From: Octopus bimaculoides
Lineage: Eukaryota
Assembly: GCF_001194135.2 (NCBI RefSeq)
Contig: NC_068982.1
Coordinates: forward strand, 60,323,380-60,356,729
Direction: 5' to 3'
Length of the DNA: 33,350 nucleotides
Under the pieces are notes generated by a model. That model worked only from the letters and a program-made list of their open reading frames with translations, did not search any database and was not told where the DNA came from. This document shows, piece after piece, positions 11,751 through 25,318 of the stretch. The first letter of the stretch is position 1. Each line of letters opens with the position of its first letter. A program made the translations under genes and the position numbers.

Positions 11751-12677
11751 AAAAAAATCAAGACATTCTTCTGAACACCCAGTGCCCACCCCTGTAGTAC
11801 ATCCTTGAAAGTTGCCTCTCCCAACCCCCCTTGTAAGCTCACAATGATCCTGAAGAGTCATTGTTAGCCCAGGTTAAGACCCACTGGATTAGAGTATCAA
11901 AACACTGTATTACTTGTATTAGAAATAAAGTTTTTGAGTTTGAACCTGGTTCTAAGAAACATATTCCTTTAGTAATAGATAAGACATCTGAAGATCGTAA
12001 GAACATAGACAATTCAAAGCTTATTGCAGACTGAAAAACAAAAGATATGGTTAATGATCCAAAACCCCTATATTACTGTGTTTAGCATGATTTGTTTTGG
12101 CACTTAAAAACAACTGATTCTAATGATAAGGTTCCTGCTTTTATATCTTGTTGATCTCTACTTGATAGGTATAAATTTTCACTTGCCATTGCCTGGCTGT
12201 CCGCTACAAAAAAAAAATCATTGAGGAGATGAAAATAGGGCAATCAACTAATAATAGATACAGCCAGCTAGAGTAAATCAATACAGATAATAATGGTGGT
12301 GGGGGGGGGAGGGGGANNNNNNNNNNNNNNNNNNNNNNNNNNNNNNNNNNNNNNNNNNNNNNNNNNNNNNNNNNNNNNNNNNNNNNNNNNNNNNNNNNNN
12401 NNNNNNNNNNNNNNNNNNNNNNNNNNNNNNNNNNNNNNNNNNNNNNNNNNNNNNNNNNNNNNNNNNNNNNNNNNNNNNNNNNNNNNNNNNNNNNNNNNNN
12501 NNNNNNNNNNNNNNNNNNNNNNNNNNNNNNNNNNNNNNNNNNNNNNNNNNNNNNNNNNNNNNNNNNNNNNNNNNNNNNNNNNNNNNNNNNNNNNNNNNNN
12601 NNNNNNNNNNNNNNNNNNNNNNNNNNNNNNNNNNNNNNNNNNNNNNNNNNNNNNNNNNNNNNNNNNNNNNNNNNNNN

Positions 12678-12717
<40 letters not shown>

Positions 12718-12719
12718 TC

Positions 12720-12762
<43 letters not shown>

Positions 12763-14039
12763 TATCGATCTACCTGTCTCTATTTATCTAAATACAGGTC
12801 TATCTATTTAGTTGTATCTCACTCTCACTCTCTATCTATCTATCTATCTATCTCTATCTATCTATCTAACTATCTATCTGCCTAACAATCTGTCTATTTA
12901 TCTATTCTCATACACTTGGAAGAGAAGGAAACTAAAACACACACCACTCGAAAAAAAAAGGAACCATTTTGAGAATGTACCACTTTGGTATTATTTGAAA
13001 CCATTAATCATATATTTTCTTTTAGTCTTTGACTTGCTCCATCCAGTAGGCTGTAGCCATGTCAAAGCACTGTCCTCCTTTATTAAAATAAAATAAAAAA
13101 TTATGCCCAGCATTTTTCAGCCATTAACAGAAATATCATTAATAAAAATCTTTTAATAAATTTTTCAAAATCATGCTGAACTAAAGTGATTCAAAGAGAA
13201 AGATGCTTTCACTCCGCTTTCTCAGAGTTAAGTTTGTTAAGAGACATCATCTATCTCCCTCACTAGAATAGATTGCCAGACTTGTACATGATAGTTATAA
13301 AGACTGTTAGAGATTTTATTATCACCCAGAGGAATAAGAGTTTCAGTCAACTAGGTGAGATTTCACTTGCATAGCATTAAGCACTGAAATAGCAAATATC
13401 AGTAACAAGATTTTTGCCAAATGTGCCAAATTCATCTCTCCTTTGGGTGTGTTTTAATGTTATGGCTGTTGCTGATGTTGATTATTTTTACTACTCATGT
13501 TGCTTTAAAATAATTAACGATATTTATACTACATAAAACCAACAGTATAATCGCAATATACAGTATTGAGACAGAAGGAAAGCATTATTGTACTTTGCCA
13601 TCAAAATACATATACTATTGTGTTTTACTATCAAATAAAATATATTATTGAACTATGCTATTGAACACTTCTCTTTAATTTCTTCTCATAAATTTAAATG
13701 CATACGGGTATGGATTTAGAGTAAAGATGTTGGCACTAGATAAGATTTTTATGAGAAATTTTGGCATATTCAAAAAAATATTTCTGCTATACCCCAAATG
13801 CATTCAAATTTACATTCACTTTACATGTATGTGAAATTTTATATTCTCTTTACTTATCATTAACAAATTGTTGTTTGTTGCTAACTTGAGAGAAACAGTT
13901 TTAAGTCTCACTGTTTCTGCAGCATGAATTTTAAAATACAAGAGGGGGAACCAGTTTCATTACCTGATGAAAGTAATAAATGTGTTTTATAAAACTACAG
14001 GAGTTTAACATCTTCAACAATAATCTTCTGGCTAAGAAC

Positions 14040-14245
14040 GCAGTGAGCTGGCAGATCCATTAGCATGTCGGGTAAGATACTTAGTGACACTTTGCTCGTC
14101 TCTGTTCTGAGTTCAAATTCTGCTGAGGTTGATTTTGCCTTTCATCCCTTTGGGGTCAATAAAAGGAATAATGGTTGCAGACTTGGGTTGATGTACTCGA
14201 CTTAATCCCTCCCACAAAACTGTTGACTTTGTGCCAAAATTTGAA
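14040..14245 (+). mobile_element. SINE family B (tail type 1)
   Basis: GAGCTGGCAGA...TTCTGAGTTCAAATTC...TTTGCCTTTCATCCCTTTGGGGTCAATAAAA...TTTGTGCCAAAATTTGAAACC. Confidence 0.85.
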
Positions 14246-14389
14246 ACCAATATTATGCTTCATTGATATGAACATATGAGTAGTAGTTACAAATAAGAAA
14301 ACAGAGTACCACTGAAAAGCAGGTTTGTTATAAAGCAGTAAAAACGTGAGTGGAGGCTGAAGTGAAATAAAGTAAGCTTGATCCAAAGG

Positions 14390-14600
14390 CAGAAGTGTAT
14401 AGAAGAAATGACTGGACAGTTATGGACATGTAGTGCAAAACGAAAACTGTTTGCTATTAGTGGAAAGTACTTGTAGAAGAGGGAATCTAAGAGTGATGCA
14501 AGAAGAGTTGGTGATGTTACTTCACAGACAAGATGTCAAAAGACCAAAATGATCAGCTGCTTTTGATGATATACTAACCCATGCCAGCATGAAAAAATAA
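14390..14600 (+). mobile_element. Degenerate RTE 3' end with short UTR
   Basis: TATGGACATGTAGTG (YGHVV), then a decayed ORF end running directly into AACCCATGCCAGCATG. Confidence 0.55.
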
Positions 14601-15346
14601 AGCACATATGATAAATTGTTAATGTTGTTAGGGACAAATAAAAAGTTTAGTATTTAGATAAATACTAGGAACTAAATACAGTTGGAAGATGATATTATTT
14701 AAATGTATCACTTTTAGTGTCAATGCGACCTCTGAAATCATAAACCTAACCTTTCTGAAGATCTTAGATTATTTTACAACATACACAAACATATATACTC
14801 ATATATATACTCATATATACTTACTGTCATTCCTAACTAATTTACAAAGCATACAGTCCACTCAACTAAAACACAGCTTGTGTACAATATTGGTTAAAGC
14901 TTGGCTTGTTTGATGTATAAGAAGATATTGTTGAATTACTAGTGAAGCTAACTGGAGCTACTTAACAAGAACATTTTGTCCCATTTAGCTTACTGATATA
15001 ATTTTACTCACATAAATCTTTCACACATAACTGCTGGTATTTCATGTCATGTTTATTACATTTTTAAGTTAATGATAATCACCTGAAATGTATCTTTATA
15101 CCAAATTTAAAACCAGCAAATGTTTTTATTTTATGCTAAACATTTTTTAAACTTTATTTTTCTGTCAGAAATTAGTTTATTAATATCTATCACCATCTCT
15201 CTTTTCTTCAATCATCCCCTCACCCACCATATCAATATTCCCTTCACCCAACCATTCTGGTTCTTCTTGTCATCACTCTTTCTTTTGCTCATCTTCTTGG
15301 TCAGGCTGCCCTCAGTGAATAAACACAACAGAGAGTGGTGAAAATA

Positions 15347-15488
15347 CCAGCGTAGCTAGAGTGGGGTGGTCCACCCTAGGCAGCACCACTTTTGGGTCTG
15401 CTGCAGAGGCAATATGTAATTTTTATGTGGGTTTTGGGGTGGAGAAATGAAGGGCCACCCAGGGCAGCTCACACTCTAACTACACTAG
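15347..15488. mobile_element. 142-bp MITE with TA flanks
   Basis: Left end CCAGCGTAGCTAGAGTGGG versus reverse complement of right end CTAGTGTAGTTAGAGTGTG (15/19); TA at 15345-15346 and 15489-15490; a CCACCC..GGCAGC motif near each end. Confidence 0.75.
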
Positions 15489-16082
15489 TAAGTGAAGAAG
15501 ATTTACTCTTACAGGGTGCAAGTCAATCTCATTACTGCAGGTACCATGATAACATGTACCAATTGTGTTCTGTGAAATAGTTGGAAAACCAGAGACATGG
15601 GGTGAAGATGAGCTTTTAGTCTTGTTGAGGACATCACAACCTCTCCAGTGCACATTGTACTTAGTATACTCTGTAAAGTAGTTGGTGAGAGAAAAGACCT
15701 CAAAGAAACCAAGCTAAAATGAAACATATAAAGACATGATTCTTTGATCTTAGGATGGCATTTATTCCAAATAAAAACATGGACTGCAATGTCAAGTAAC
15801 AAGTGAATTGTTAGTTATGTACTAGACATTGAATACATTCTGAAAGATGATACAACTTAGTCTTTCATATTTAGTGATATGGCCATGATGACTCAAGCAA
15901 TTGATGACAATGTGAAAAGCAAGCATAAAATGATGATGCATCAATGATGAAACAGGAAAATAGATAAATAAATAAAAGGCATAAAAAAAAATACAAATCA
16001 AAACATTTTAACAAAATAAGGCTAAGGCTTATTTTGTGTTTTTATTTCCTTGGCAATTTTTTCATTTAGAAATTCAGTAAGC

Positions 16083-16478
16083 CTTTTTTTTACTTGCTCA
16101 GTCATTTGTCAATGGCCATACTGGGGCACCACCTAGAAGAATTTTAGTTGGCTGAATCAACCCCAGTACTGTTTTTTAAGCCTCATACTTATCCTAATGG
16201 TATCTTTTTACGGAACAGCTAAGTTACAAGGATGTAAACATGCCAACACCGGTTGTCAAGCAGTGATAGGTACAAACCAAACACAGACACAAACACAAAG
16301 AGACACACACAGTTATTCATATATGACAGGCTCTTTTCAGTTTCCATCTACCAAATGAGTTCACAAGGCTTTGGTCAGCCTGAGGCTGGGGTAGAAGACA
16401 CTTGCCCAAGGTGCCATGCAATGTGACTGAACATGGAACTATGTGGTTGGAAAGCAAGCTTCTTACTACACAGCCACC
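16083..16478 (-). mobile_element. Near full-length family A SINE
   Basis: Colinear reverse complement of 2138-2539. Confidence 0.9.
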
Positions 16479-16946
16479 ATTATTTTGTGTGTAGGAAATG
16501 TTTTTTTTACAGTGGATTCAGATTAATATCAAAGCTTTTTGAAGGATATTTGGTTGACAAAAAAACTGTCAGAAGAAATATTTCTGTTTTTCATTGGTAG
16601 ACTCATTTTGTCATCTGGTTTACCACCAGTTGGCATTTGTGTGCTTTTAGCAAGTATTTAGGACAGGTCACTTTCCACCTTTCTTCCACCAGTCACAGAG
16701 ACCCTGATAAAAAGATTGTGGACACACCATTTCCTCTTCTGGGTAAGTTATTAAAAGTGAAAAGAAAAGGTGAAATATATATATAGGTACAACACCAACT
16801 TTCTGGGCACAGACAATCTGGAATCTTTCATAATCTACACTAATTTACAAGCAAGAACCCCAAACTCCTGTGATTGCCAGATTAGCTTACTGGCACCTTG
16901 CACAGTGCAGGATTAATAAACCTGTATTATTTATATTACTGCACAA

Positions 16947-17207
16947 CAGTAGTTCTCAACCAGGGCCCATACAGCCTTTAGGGGTCGATATAAGATTTTG
17001 CTGCTAAAATTTATTGTCAATAAATTTGATATGCTTCTATAATACACAAAATATTTTAACAATTCTTTTGTATACACATCCTAACAATATTTAATTATAA
17101 AAATATAATAGGACTTTTTAAACATTGAATGGCTATGAGGGTCTGCTGGAGTAAAATAAGAATCAAAGGGCTTCATAGATGAAAAAAAAAAGGGTTGAGA
17201 AACACTG
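16947..17207. mobile_element. hAT-Charlie-type MITE (261 bp)
   Basis: TIRs CAGTAGTTCTCAACC / GGTTGAGAAACACTG (13/15); 8-bp flanks CTGCACAA and TTGTACAG differ only by three transitions, consistent with an aged TSD. Confidence 0.85.
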
Positions 17208-17930
17208 TTGTACAGGTACCTTTATTTCATTTAATTATTTAAGTAACTTTAACATTTGTTTAATTTAGAGTGTGTACACAAGGTGACCACTCCTGTTCAG
17301 AAAATAGTCTGAATTAAGAAAACCTTTGGAATCAAAGTTTCCAAATGTCGTACCTGTAATAAGTATTGTTGTTCAAAATTAGTTTTGGTCAGTCATAAGT
17401 TTACGAAGATTAAGCATTTTTTGTTGAATAATCAACACATTTTCATTTATTTGTACTAATTACAGTATTCAAATTAATTTCGATCTTTCTAAACATATTT
17501 TCAGATTAATTCTAAACATTCATCTCTACTTAAAATCTGGAAGAAAACACTGAAAATCTCAGATTAATTCTTTACTTTACAAAGATATTATTGACACTGT
17601 TTGGAAATTGGTTTAAAATTTATTGTGTGGCTCAAAAGCTAACAGACTAGATAATAAACATTGTGATAATTAGCCACTTTGACAAGTAGTATAAACTGCA
17701 GCAGAGATTCTTAGTATGAACAGAAAGCCTGTTAATGAACTATTATTGATGGTATATTGAGTCAAGATGTATATTTACACCAACATTAAATATTTGAAAT
17801 ACTGCAAAAAGATAATGTGAAATAAATTAATTATGGAAATTCTAAAACCTAACAAAAGTCTAATTTTTAAAACAAGCTTTCATAGAAATAAATCAATAAG
17901 TAGAAAGAAGAAATTACTCATAAATCATAC

Positions 17931-17987
17931 CTGAAGAATAGCGTTGAAACTTGAATTAATAACAGCAGTCTATAAAGCTCATTGATT
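17931..17987 (-). CDS. Candidate exon 8 of chain (57 nt, phase 2 to 2), (R)INELYRLLLLIQVSTLFF
   Basis: attattattacag|exon cag|gtatga; one open frame. Confidence 0.5.
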
Positions 17988-18186
17988 CTGTAATAATAAT
18001 ATTATTATAATGTATGTAAACTTTTTTAAGGGTTATTTCATAAGTGTTGAGCTTGTGAACTTAAAGACCTGAGGTGAATTAATTGATAATCTATTAGGTG
18101 ATGAGAGATCAGTATTTATTAATTAGTTCATGACATGGTTTTTGTTTCTAGATATGCCATTTGAATTCACTTATGTTACTAATGAC

Positions 18187-18244
18187 CTGAAGAGAAGTCT
18201 GAATATCACCATCTCTTGTTTCTCCTCACTCTCAAAATATTGAG
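18187..18244 (-). CDS. Candidate exon 7 (58 nt, phase 1 to 2), (T)QYFESEEKQEMVIFRLLF
   Basis: Long polypyrimidine tract ending tatacaaaag; donor cag|gtcatt is weak; one open frame. Confidence 0.45.
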
Positions 18245-18687
18245 CTTTTGTATAAAAAAAAGAGAAAAGAAAATCATTACTAATACTCTTTAAGTGCTGT
18301 TGTGTCGGTCTACTTTAAAAGAAACCACAGAGACTGCTGGTCCTTGGTGGACTTGATGGACACAAAAAATATGAGCAATTCAGTTGAAGAAGCATAAATG
18401 TATACCATATAATTGACATTATTAAGTGTTCTAGAAAGAGGACAATAGATTGGTAAAATCTTTAGAAACATAAAATACCTAGTTTGGTTTACTTAGGGTT
18501 TTTTTTTTAATGTTCTGAGTTCAAATACTACCAAGGGACTGTGATAAAGTGCCTGTCATGTACTGGAATCAATTTAATCAACTAACCCCTTCTCCTAAAT
18601 TTTTCACTTTCTGTCAGTTTAAAAATTATCATTTGCCCAGCAAGGCACTGAAACTTCCTTGGTTCTACTACTTAATTAACAACAAAG

Positions 18688-18865
18688 GTACAGGGGTGGC
18701 TATGTGGTTAAGAATATTGCCTCCTAACCAAATGGTTCTGGGTTCAGTTCCATTTCATAGTGCCTTGGGCAAAATATCTTCTACTATCGCCCCAGGCTGA
18801 CCAAAACCATGTGAGACGATCTGGTTGATGGAAACTGAAGGAAACTCATTTATATATGTGTGCAT
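18688..18865 (+). mobile_element. Family A SINE 5' half
   Basis: GGTGGCTATGTGGTTAAG...GGGTTCAGTTCC...GCCTTGGGCAAA...GGAAACTGAAG. Confidence 0.8.
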
Positions 18866-18886
18866 ATGTGTGTGTATGCGTGTGTT

Positions 18887-19030
18887 GGATGCACGTGGCT
18901 TAATGGTTTGAGTGTTGGACTCACAACTGAAAGATTGTGGTTTCAATTCTTGGACCAGGCGATGCATTGTGTTCTTGAGAAAAACACTTCATTTCACGTT
19001 GCTCCAGTCCACTCAGCTGTAAAAATGAGT
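18887..19030 (+). mobile_element. Family C SINE head plus CORE-like body
   Basis: GTGGCTTAATGG...GTTTCAATTC...TGTGTTCTTGAGAAAAACACTTCATTTCACGTTGCTCCAGTCCACTCAGCTGTAAAAATGAGT. Confidence 0.8.
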
Positions 19031-19131
19031 TTATTCTAGAGAAGGATGGGCTCCATCAGGCTTTCTTGCCCAAAATATGCTGCATGGCTGCAGTGCCTCA
19101 TGGGGTTAAGGGACTAGAAGTAGAAATAGAA

Positions 19132-19174
<43 letters not shown>

Positions 19175-19175
<1 letters not shown>

Positions 19176-19388
19176 ATGCTCACCTTTGTCTTGACATCAT
19201 GTCATGGTAGTAAACCAGTCTCCTGCCATTACACACATGTCTGACCATTGGGAAAGATTACCTTGCTTGGAAACAAGTGAGGGTTGGTGACTAGAAAGGC
19301 ACCCAGCCACACAAAAAAATCTATCAGCAAATTCCATCTGACCAATACAAGCATGGGTTGGGCGGGGTCATTAAAACAATGGTGATGA
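19175..19388 (+). mobile_element. SINE 3' module, family D (RTE-like tail)
   Basis: GGGAAAGATTACCTTGCTTGG...GTGAGGGTTGGTGACTAGAAAGGCACCCAGCC...AAATTCCATCTGACC...GCATGG; inverted homologue at 23420-23600. Confidence 0.75.
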
Positions 19389-19420
19389 ATAGGCAAGAAC
19401 AGAAAGAGAGAACAATTTAC

Positions 19421-19468
19421 TTGTAGCACTAACAAGTATGTAAAACCTGGAGTCTAGCAGCCAATCAT
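19421..19468 (-). CDS. Candidate exon 6 (48 nt, phase 1 to 1), (D)DWLLDSRFYILVSAT
   Basis: cttgctatcacag|exon caa|gtaaat; one open frame. Confidence 0.4.
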
Positions 19469-19830
19469 CTGTGATAGCAAGTTCAACTCATATCACTCAC
19501 AAATGAATAATGCTGATTAAAGAATGATATCATGCAGATTTATAAAAGGATGTTGAAATAGTAAGCAATAAAATAGGCATAAGAAAAGATGTAATGATCA
19601 TATATGACAGCCGACAAAATAATAAAACAAAGGAATTTGATATGGTAGTTTAGGATAGTTTTGTTAATATCTTGATGTTACTTTTAAATTTGAAAATTAA
19701 ACTTTCATTAAATTTAGTCCATGGCTTACTTCAAGTAAAATTCTGAATTGATCATTTGAGTTTTATAATTATTATAAAAATGGATAAATGCTCTTTCGTA
19801 TGTATGTATATCATAATAATCAGCTATAAA

Positions 19831-20160
19831 ACCACCACCACTGCTACTACTACTACTACAACTACCACTACAACTACCACTACTACTACCACTACTACTA
19901 CTACTGCTACCACTACTGCTACCACTACTGCTACCACTACTGCCACTACTACTACCACTACTGCTACCACTACTGCTACCACTACTACTACCACTACTAC
20001 TACCACTACTACCACTACTACTACCACTACTACTACCACTACTACCACTACTACTACCACTACTACTACTACCACTACTACTACTACCACTACTACTACC
20101 ACTACTACTACTACCACTACTACTACCACTACTACTACTACCACTACTACTACTACTACT
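19831..20160. repeat. 330-bp (ACT/ACC)n microsatellite
   Basis: Read directly; accounts for the poly-S, poly-T and poly-V ORFs. Confidence 0.97.
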
Positions 20161-21397
<1,237 letters not shown>

Positions 21398-21432
21398 TTT
21401 CTTTATTAATCACATCGTTAATAAATCCTTAC

Positions 21433-21505
21433 CCACTGATGGTTGAGTGAATTTTTCCCGTTTTAACTTCATTATTTTATCATACAATACAGATCCAATA
21501 CAGTT
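21433..21505 (-). CDS. Candidate exon 5 (73 nt, phase 0 to 1), NCIGSVLYDKIMKLKREKFTQPSV
   Basis: ttcattatttgacatgtag|exon tgg|gtaagg; one open frame. Confidence 0.5.
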
Positions 21506-22007
21506 CTACATGTCAAATAATGAAATGATTACTTAATGTGGCTGTATAATATTGTCTATAATTTTTACTAATTCAAACTGTAGTGGCTACAGTAGATATA
21601 TCATCATCAGTCTCATCATCGTCCTCATTGTTATCGTCATCATCGTCATCATCATTATTGTTGACATCATTGCTGTCGTCATCATCATCATCACTATCAG
21701 TTTTCTGGACATGCATTAGCTCCATTATATGAATTACATGCACAATAACCATACAAGGAAAATATGTCCATGTGTATAAAACAACCAGCAAAAAAGATGT
21801 TATTGCCATGCAAATGACTAGAAGATTGGAGAGAACTGCTTACAAATTTAGAGTTTACAAATAAGAAATTTATAAAAGGATTTTAATCAATAACTTCAAA
21901 TAAACAAGAACACAGACATACATATACATATTGTTCATATAACTATGTGACCCTATATGTGTGTGCATATGTGTGTATATATAGATATGTGCATATGTAT
22001 GTATGTA

Positions 22008-22055
<48 letters not shown>

Positions 22056-22418
22056 AATAAACATTTGATTTCAGTAATTCATTTACATGCTAGAGGTTAA
22101 ACATTTTGATGCCTCAAATTTGATTTTTAAAAAATTGGAATACAAGAAAGTTTTTTCTGATTAAATAATTAAAACACACACACAAAAAAAAATGAAATCA
22201 AATAAATCGGTACATTTAGAAAATCAAAAAATTAAGTGTAGAAAAATTACTCAGCAGCCTACTTTGGTAAAAAAAAAAAAGTATTTTGGTCCCTCTTTGT
22301 TTCTTTGGAAAAGAGAGAAGAATCTATTCTTAGAATTGTAATATTGATTCATTTTGGGTAAGCACAAGGCCACTTAAAAATTGTAATAGGAAAATATAGC
22401 CTAGTGAGATTAACTTAC

Positions 22419-22432
22419 TGAAATAAATATTC
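22419..22432 (-). CDS. Candidate exon 4, 14-nt microexon (phase 1 to 0), (G)IFIS
   Basis: cttttgtatgtttttag|gaatatttatttca|gtaagt; strong sites; its length bridges the phases of exons 3 and 5. Confidence 0.45.
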
Positions 22433-23419
22433 CTAAAAACATACAAAAGTATTTATACCCACTAAAATTATATAAAGAAGCTGATAAAAAAAAACTGAGA
22501 AAAAATTTCAGTTTAATACAGAAAATTGAACAAATTCTGACATATTCCAAACTAAATTCTTCTCAACAAATGACACGATCAACAAGTTGATAATTTGCCC
22601 ACAAGTTCACTGAGTTCAGTAGAAAACAATAGAGAAACTATTTTGTTACTTCCTAATGTTCATGTCTGCCATGGGTTTACAAAGCTGTTTCATTTCCCGT
22701 TAGGTTTTTACATCAGTTTATTTAATTATTTTGAAAGATACAATTTTGTGCCTAAGAACTTAAATGTACTGAAATTTAAATAACATATCTCACACGCATA
22801 AAACACACACACAGATACAAACACACGCACACACACACGCATACACACACATGCAAACACACACACACGTACATACACACACACATAATATGTGTATAAT
22901 CACATACATAAAAACATGAACAATTCAAACAAAGTATGTTTTTTAAAAAAATAAAACATTTTTCAATAAAACTATGACAAAAAATGTTTTATTTTCTTCA
23001 TTTTCCCCCCTGCATCTTTTTTTCAATAATGTCTGGAAGATTCAGACATTTAAAAAAAAATGCTTTTTATTATTTTTGATTTTTTCTAATATATTTCAAC
23101 TGTTTTTGATCAAATTTTCAGGTAAAATGATGTTCGTGAAACACCTAATACTTCTTAGTCTCATTTCTGTTTCATTATTGTTGGTGTTGTTTGTTTGTTG
23201 CTGTCATTTTAACTCTGGTGTGATTTTATTTCTTTTTATCCCCCTGTTTTTATGTAATTGCCATTTTTACATAAAAGAAAAAAAAAATGATAATTCTGTA
23301 TTATTAAATAAGAATAAATGTAAATACTGATTTTACAAATTGTTTGTAACCGTATAACAAACATCCATTATTACTCACTACATGTATTCATGTGTGTGTG
23401 TGTGTGTGTGTTTGTACCA

Positions 23420-23600
23420 TAATCATCATCATTTTAATGTCCACTTTTCTATACTCACATGGGTTGGATGGAATTTGTTGAAGCAGATTTTCTATGGACA
23501 GATGACTTTTCTCTCACTAATCCCAAGTAAGGTGATACTTTCCCTTGACCAAACACAGTTTTCATGGAAGATTGGAAACGAAGGACACAACTTGCATGCA
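23420..23600 (-). mobile_element. SINE 3' module, family D
   Basis: Reverse complement homologous to 19175-19388, with (GAT)n tail. Confidence 0.75.
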
Positions 23601-23631
23601 TGCATACATACATACATACATACATACATAA

Positions 23632-23667
<36 letters not shown>

Positions 23668-23668
<1 letters not shown>

Positions 23669-23735
23669 CTCCAAAGAATAAGTCCTGGGGTTGATTTGCT
23701 TGACTAAAAGCGGTGCTCCAGCATGGCCACAGTCT
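23668..23735 (+). mobile_element. Family A SINE 3' fragment
   Basis: AAAGAATAAGTCCTGGGGTTGATTTGCTTGACTAAAAGCGGTGCTCCAGCATGGCCACAGTC, nearly identical to 2449-2510. Confidence 0.85.
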
Positions 23736-23754
23736 GTATAGAAGATCCCATGAA

Positions 23755-24270
23755 ATGCAAAAGTGGTGTAGTAAGAAGCTTGCTTCCCAACCACATGGTT
23801 CCAGGTTCAGTCCCACTGTGTAGCACACTGGGCAAGTGTCTTCTAATGTAGTCTCAAGCCAACATCACATGGAATAACAGTCATATGGAATAACAGCCAA
23901 ATCTCCCTCAACTTTCAACCAACTATCTTAATGGGAAAAGACACATTTAATAATTTCCTCCTACGTAGCTCTAAAAAGCCAAGATGGTCATACCTGAAAT
24001 ATGTCAGTATTTATGTCTGCACCCACGCTATTTCATGTTCTTTCACATACTCGGTTTCCTTCAATATATATCCATCTGTCTATCTACCTCTCTATCTGTC
24101 CAATTATCTTTCTCTCTTTTTCTATCTTTTTCTTTCTCATTATCTATCAATCCATCTATCCCTCTCTCTATATATATGTATGTACTATATATATTTATGT
24201 GTACATATATATTTATATATTTATATGTGTATATATATATATCTATATATTTATATGTGTACATACATAC

Positions 24271-24316
<46 letters not shown>

Positions 24317-24328
24317 ACACACACGCAC

Positions 24329-24365
<37 letters not shown>

Positions 24366-24500
24366 TCAATCTATACCTTCATAAATGTGTGAGTGTGTAT
24401 GGCTGTATGGTTATACATGTTTACGTAGTCACAAATATATGTTTTTGATCATGAGCCTACTTGATCAGAGATGACCTGGGACTAAATAACAACAACAACC
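23755..24500 (+). mobile_element. A-head SINE with (AAC)n-ending tail, apparently split by ~440 bp of simple repeats
   Basis: A-type head 23755-23860; GATGGTCATACCTGAAAT at 23983-24000; TTTGATCATGAGCC...TGACCTGGGACTAAATAACAACAAC at 24444-24500. Confidence 0.6.
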
Positions 24501-25318
24501 ATAATTGGGTCAATAGTATATATCCTAATAATACACTGAAATTAGGTCAATTAGCTATAATACTCTTTATCAAAAAGACCTTCTGCATAACCATTTGTGC
24601 ACATTCACATACTCTCACACTCATGCCCTAACATATTCACACTAACACATTCATGCATACTCTCACTGACACATATACAAGTAGACATTAACTCCCACAC
24701 ATTCATTCGCTAATACATACACACTCATATGCTAGCTCCCACTCAAGCACACTCATGCACTTGCACACACTCACACATACTTATAAATGGGCACTAATAC
24801 ACATAGATACACATCTGCACACACTGACACATACACTCACACACACGCACGCATACNNNNNNNNNNCACATCTGCACACACTGACACATACACTCACACA
24901 CACGCACGCATACTCACCCACACATACATACACTATTGTTTACATGTGCACATACACACACATATTCACACACATGCAGGCATATTTACATATACATTCA
25001 CTATTTAGATACTCAAACAATTATACACATCACACACACACACGTATTCTCATGCACCCATCTCACATACACATATTCACACATACTCACACACACTCAT
25101 ATACACATTTACTTACATACAGAATTATGCACACATGCTCTCACACTCACAGATTTTCTTACATACATACTTAAACAATTACACACACACACACGCACGT
25201 GCACACACACACACACACACGCATACTTATACACATGCTATAAACTGAAGTCTGAACAATTTTTGGTTCACAGATCTAAAGTAGATGTATTACTGTTGTC
25301 AGTATAGTTACCATTTTG

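Noticed and set aside
13891-13918. 9-bp inverted repeat AGAAACAGT/ACTGTTTCT
   Set aside because: Within chance expectation for 33 kb of AT-rich DNA.
15012-15082. Minus-strand tttcag...gtgagt pair
   Set aside because: Stops in all three frames; it shows that such pairs arise by chance (or are non-coding).
15500-15830. More balanced-composition stretch with a 97-aa minus-strand ORF
   Set aside because: No recognisable motif or splice pair; probably old TE debris.
17931-17960. CTGAAGA...GAAAC hammerhead-like spacing
   Set aside because: Stem II cannot form.
19730-19742. 13-nt minus-strand microexon candidate
   Set aside because: Poor polypyrimidine tract and incompatible with exon 6. It could bridge exon 5 to exon 8 as an alternative path, so not fully excluded.
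22974-23330. 118-aa hydrophobic ORF with signal-peptide-like MMFVKHLILLSLISV
   Set aside because: T-rich DNA gives L/F/I/V by composition; no convincing donor site.
24810-24913. Identical 47-bp direct repeat either side of a 10-N gap
   Set aside because: Typical unmerged contig overlap.
23931-25307. 120-154 aa Y/I/H/T-rich ORFs
   Set aside because: (TA)n/(CA)n-derived low complexity.
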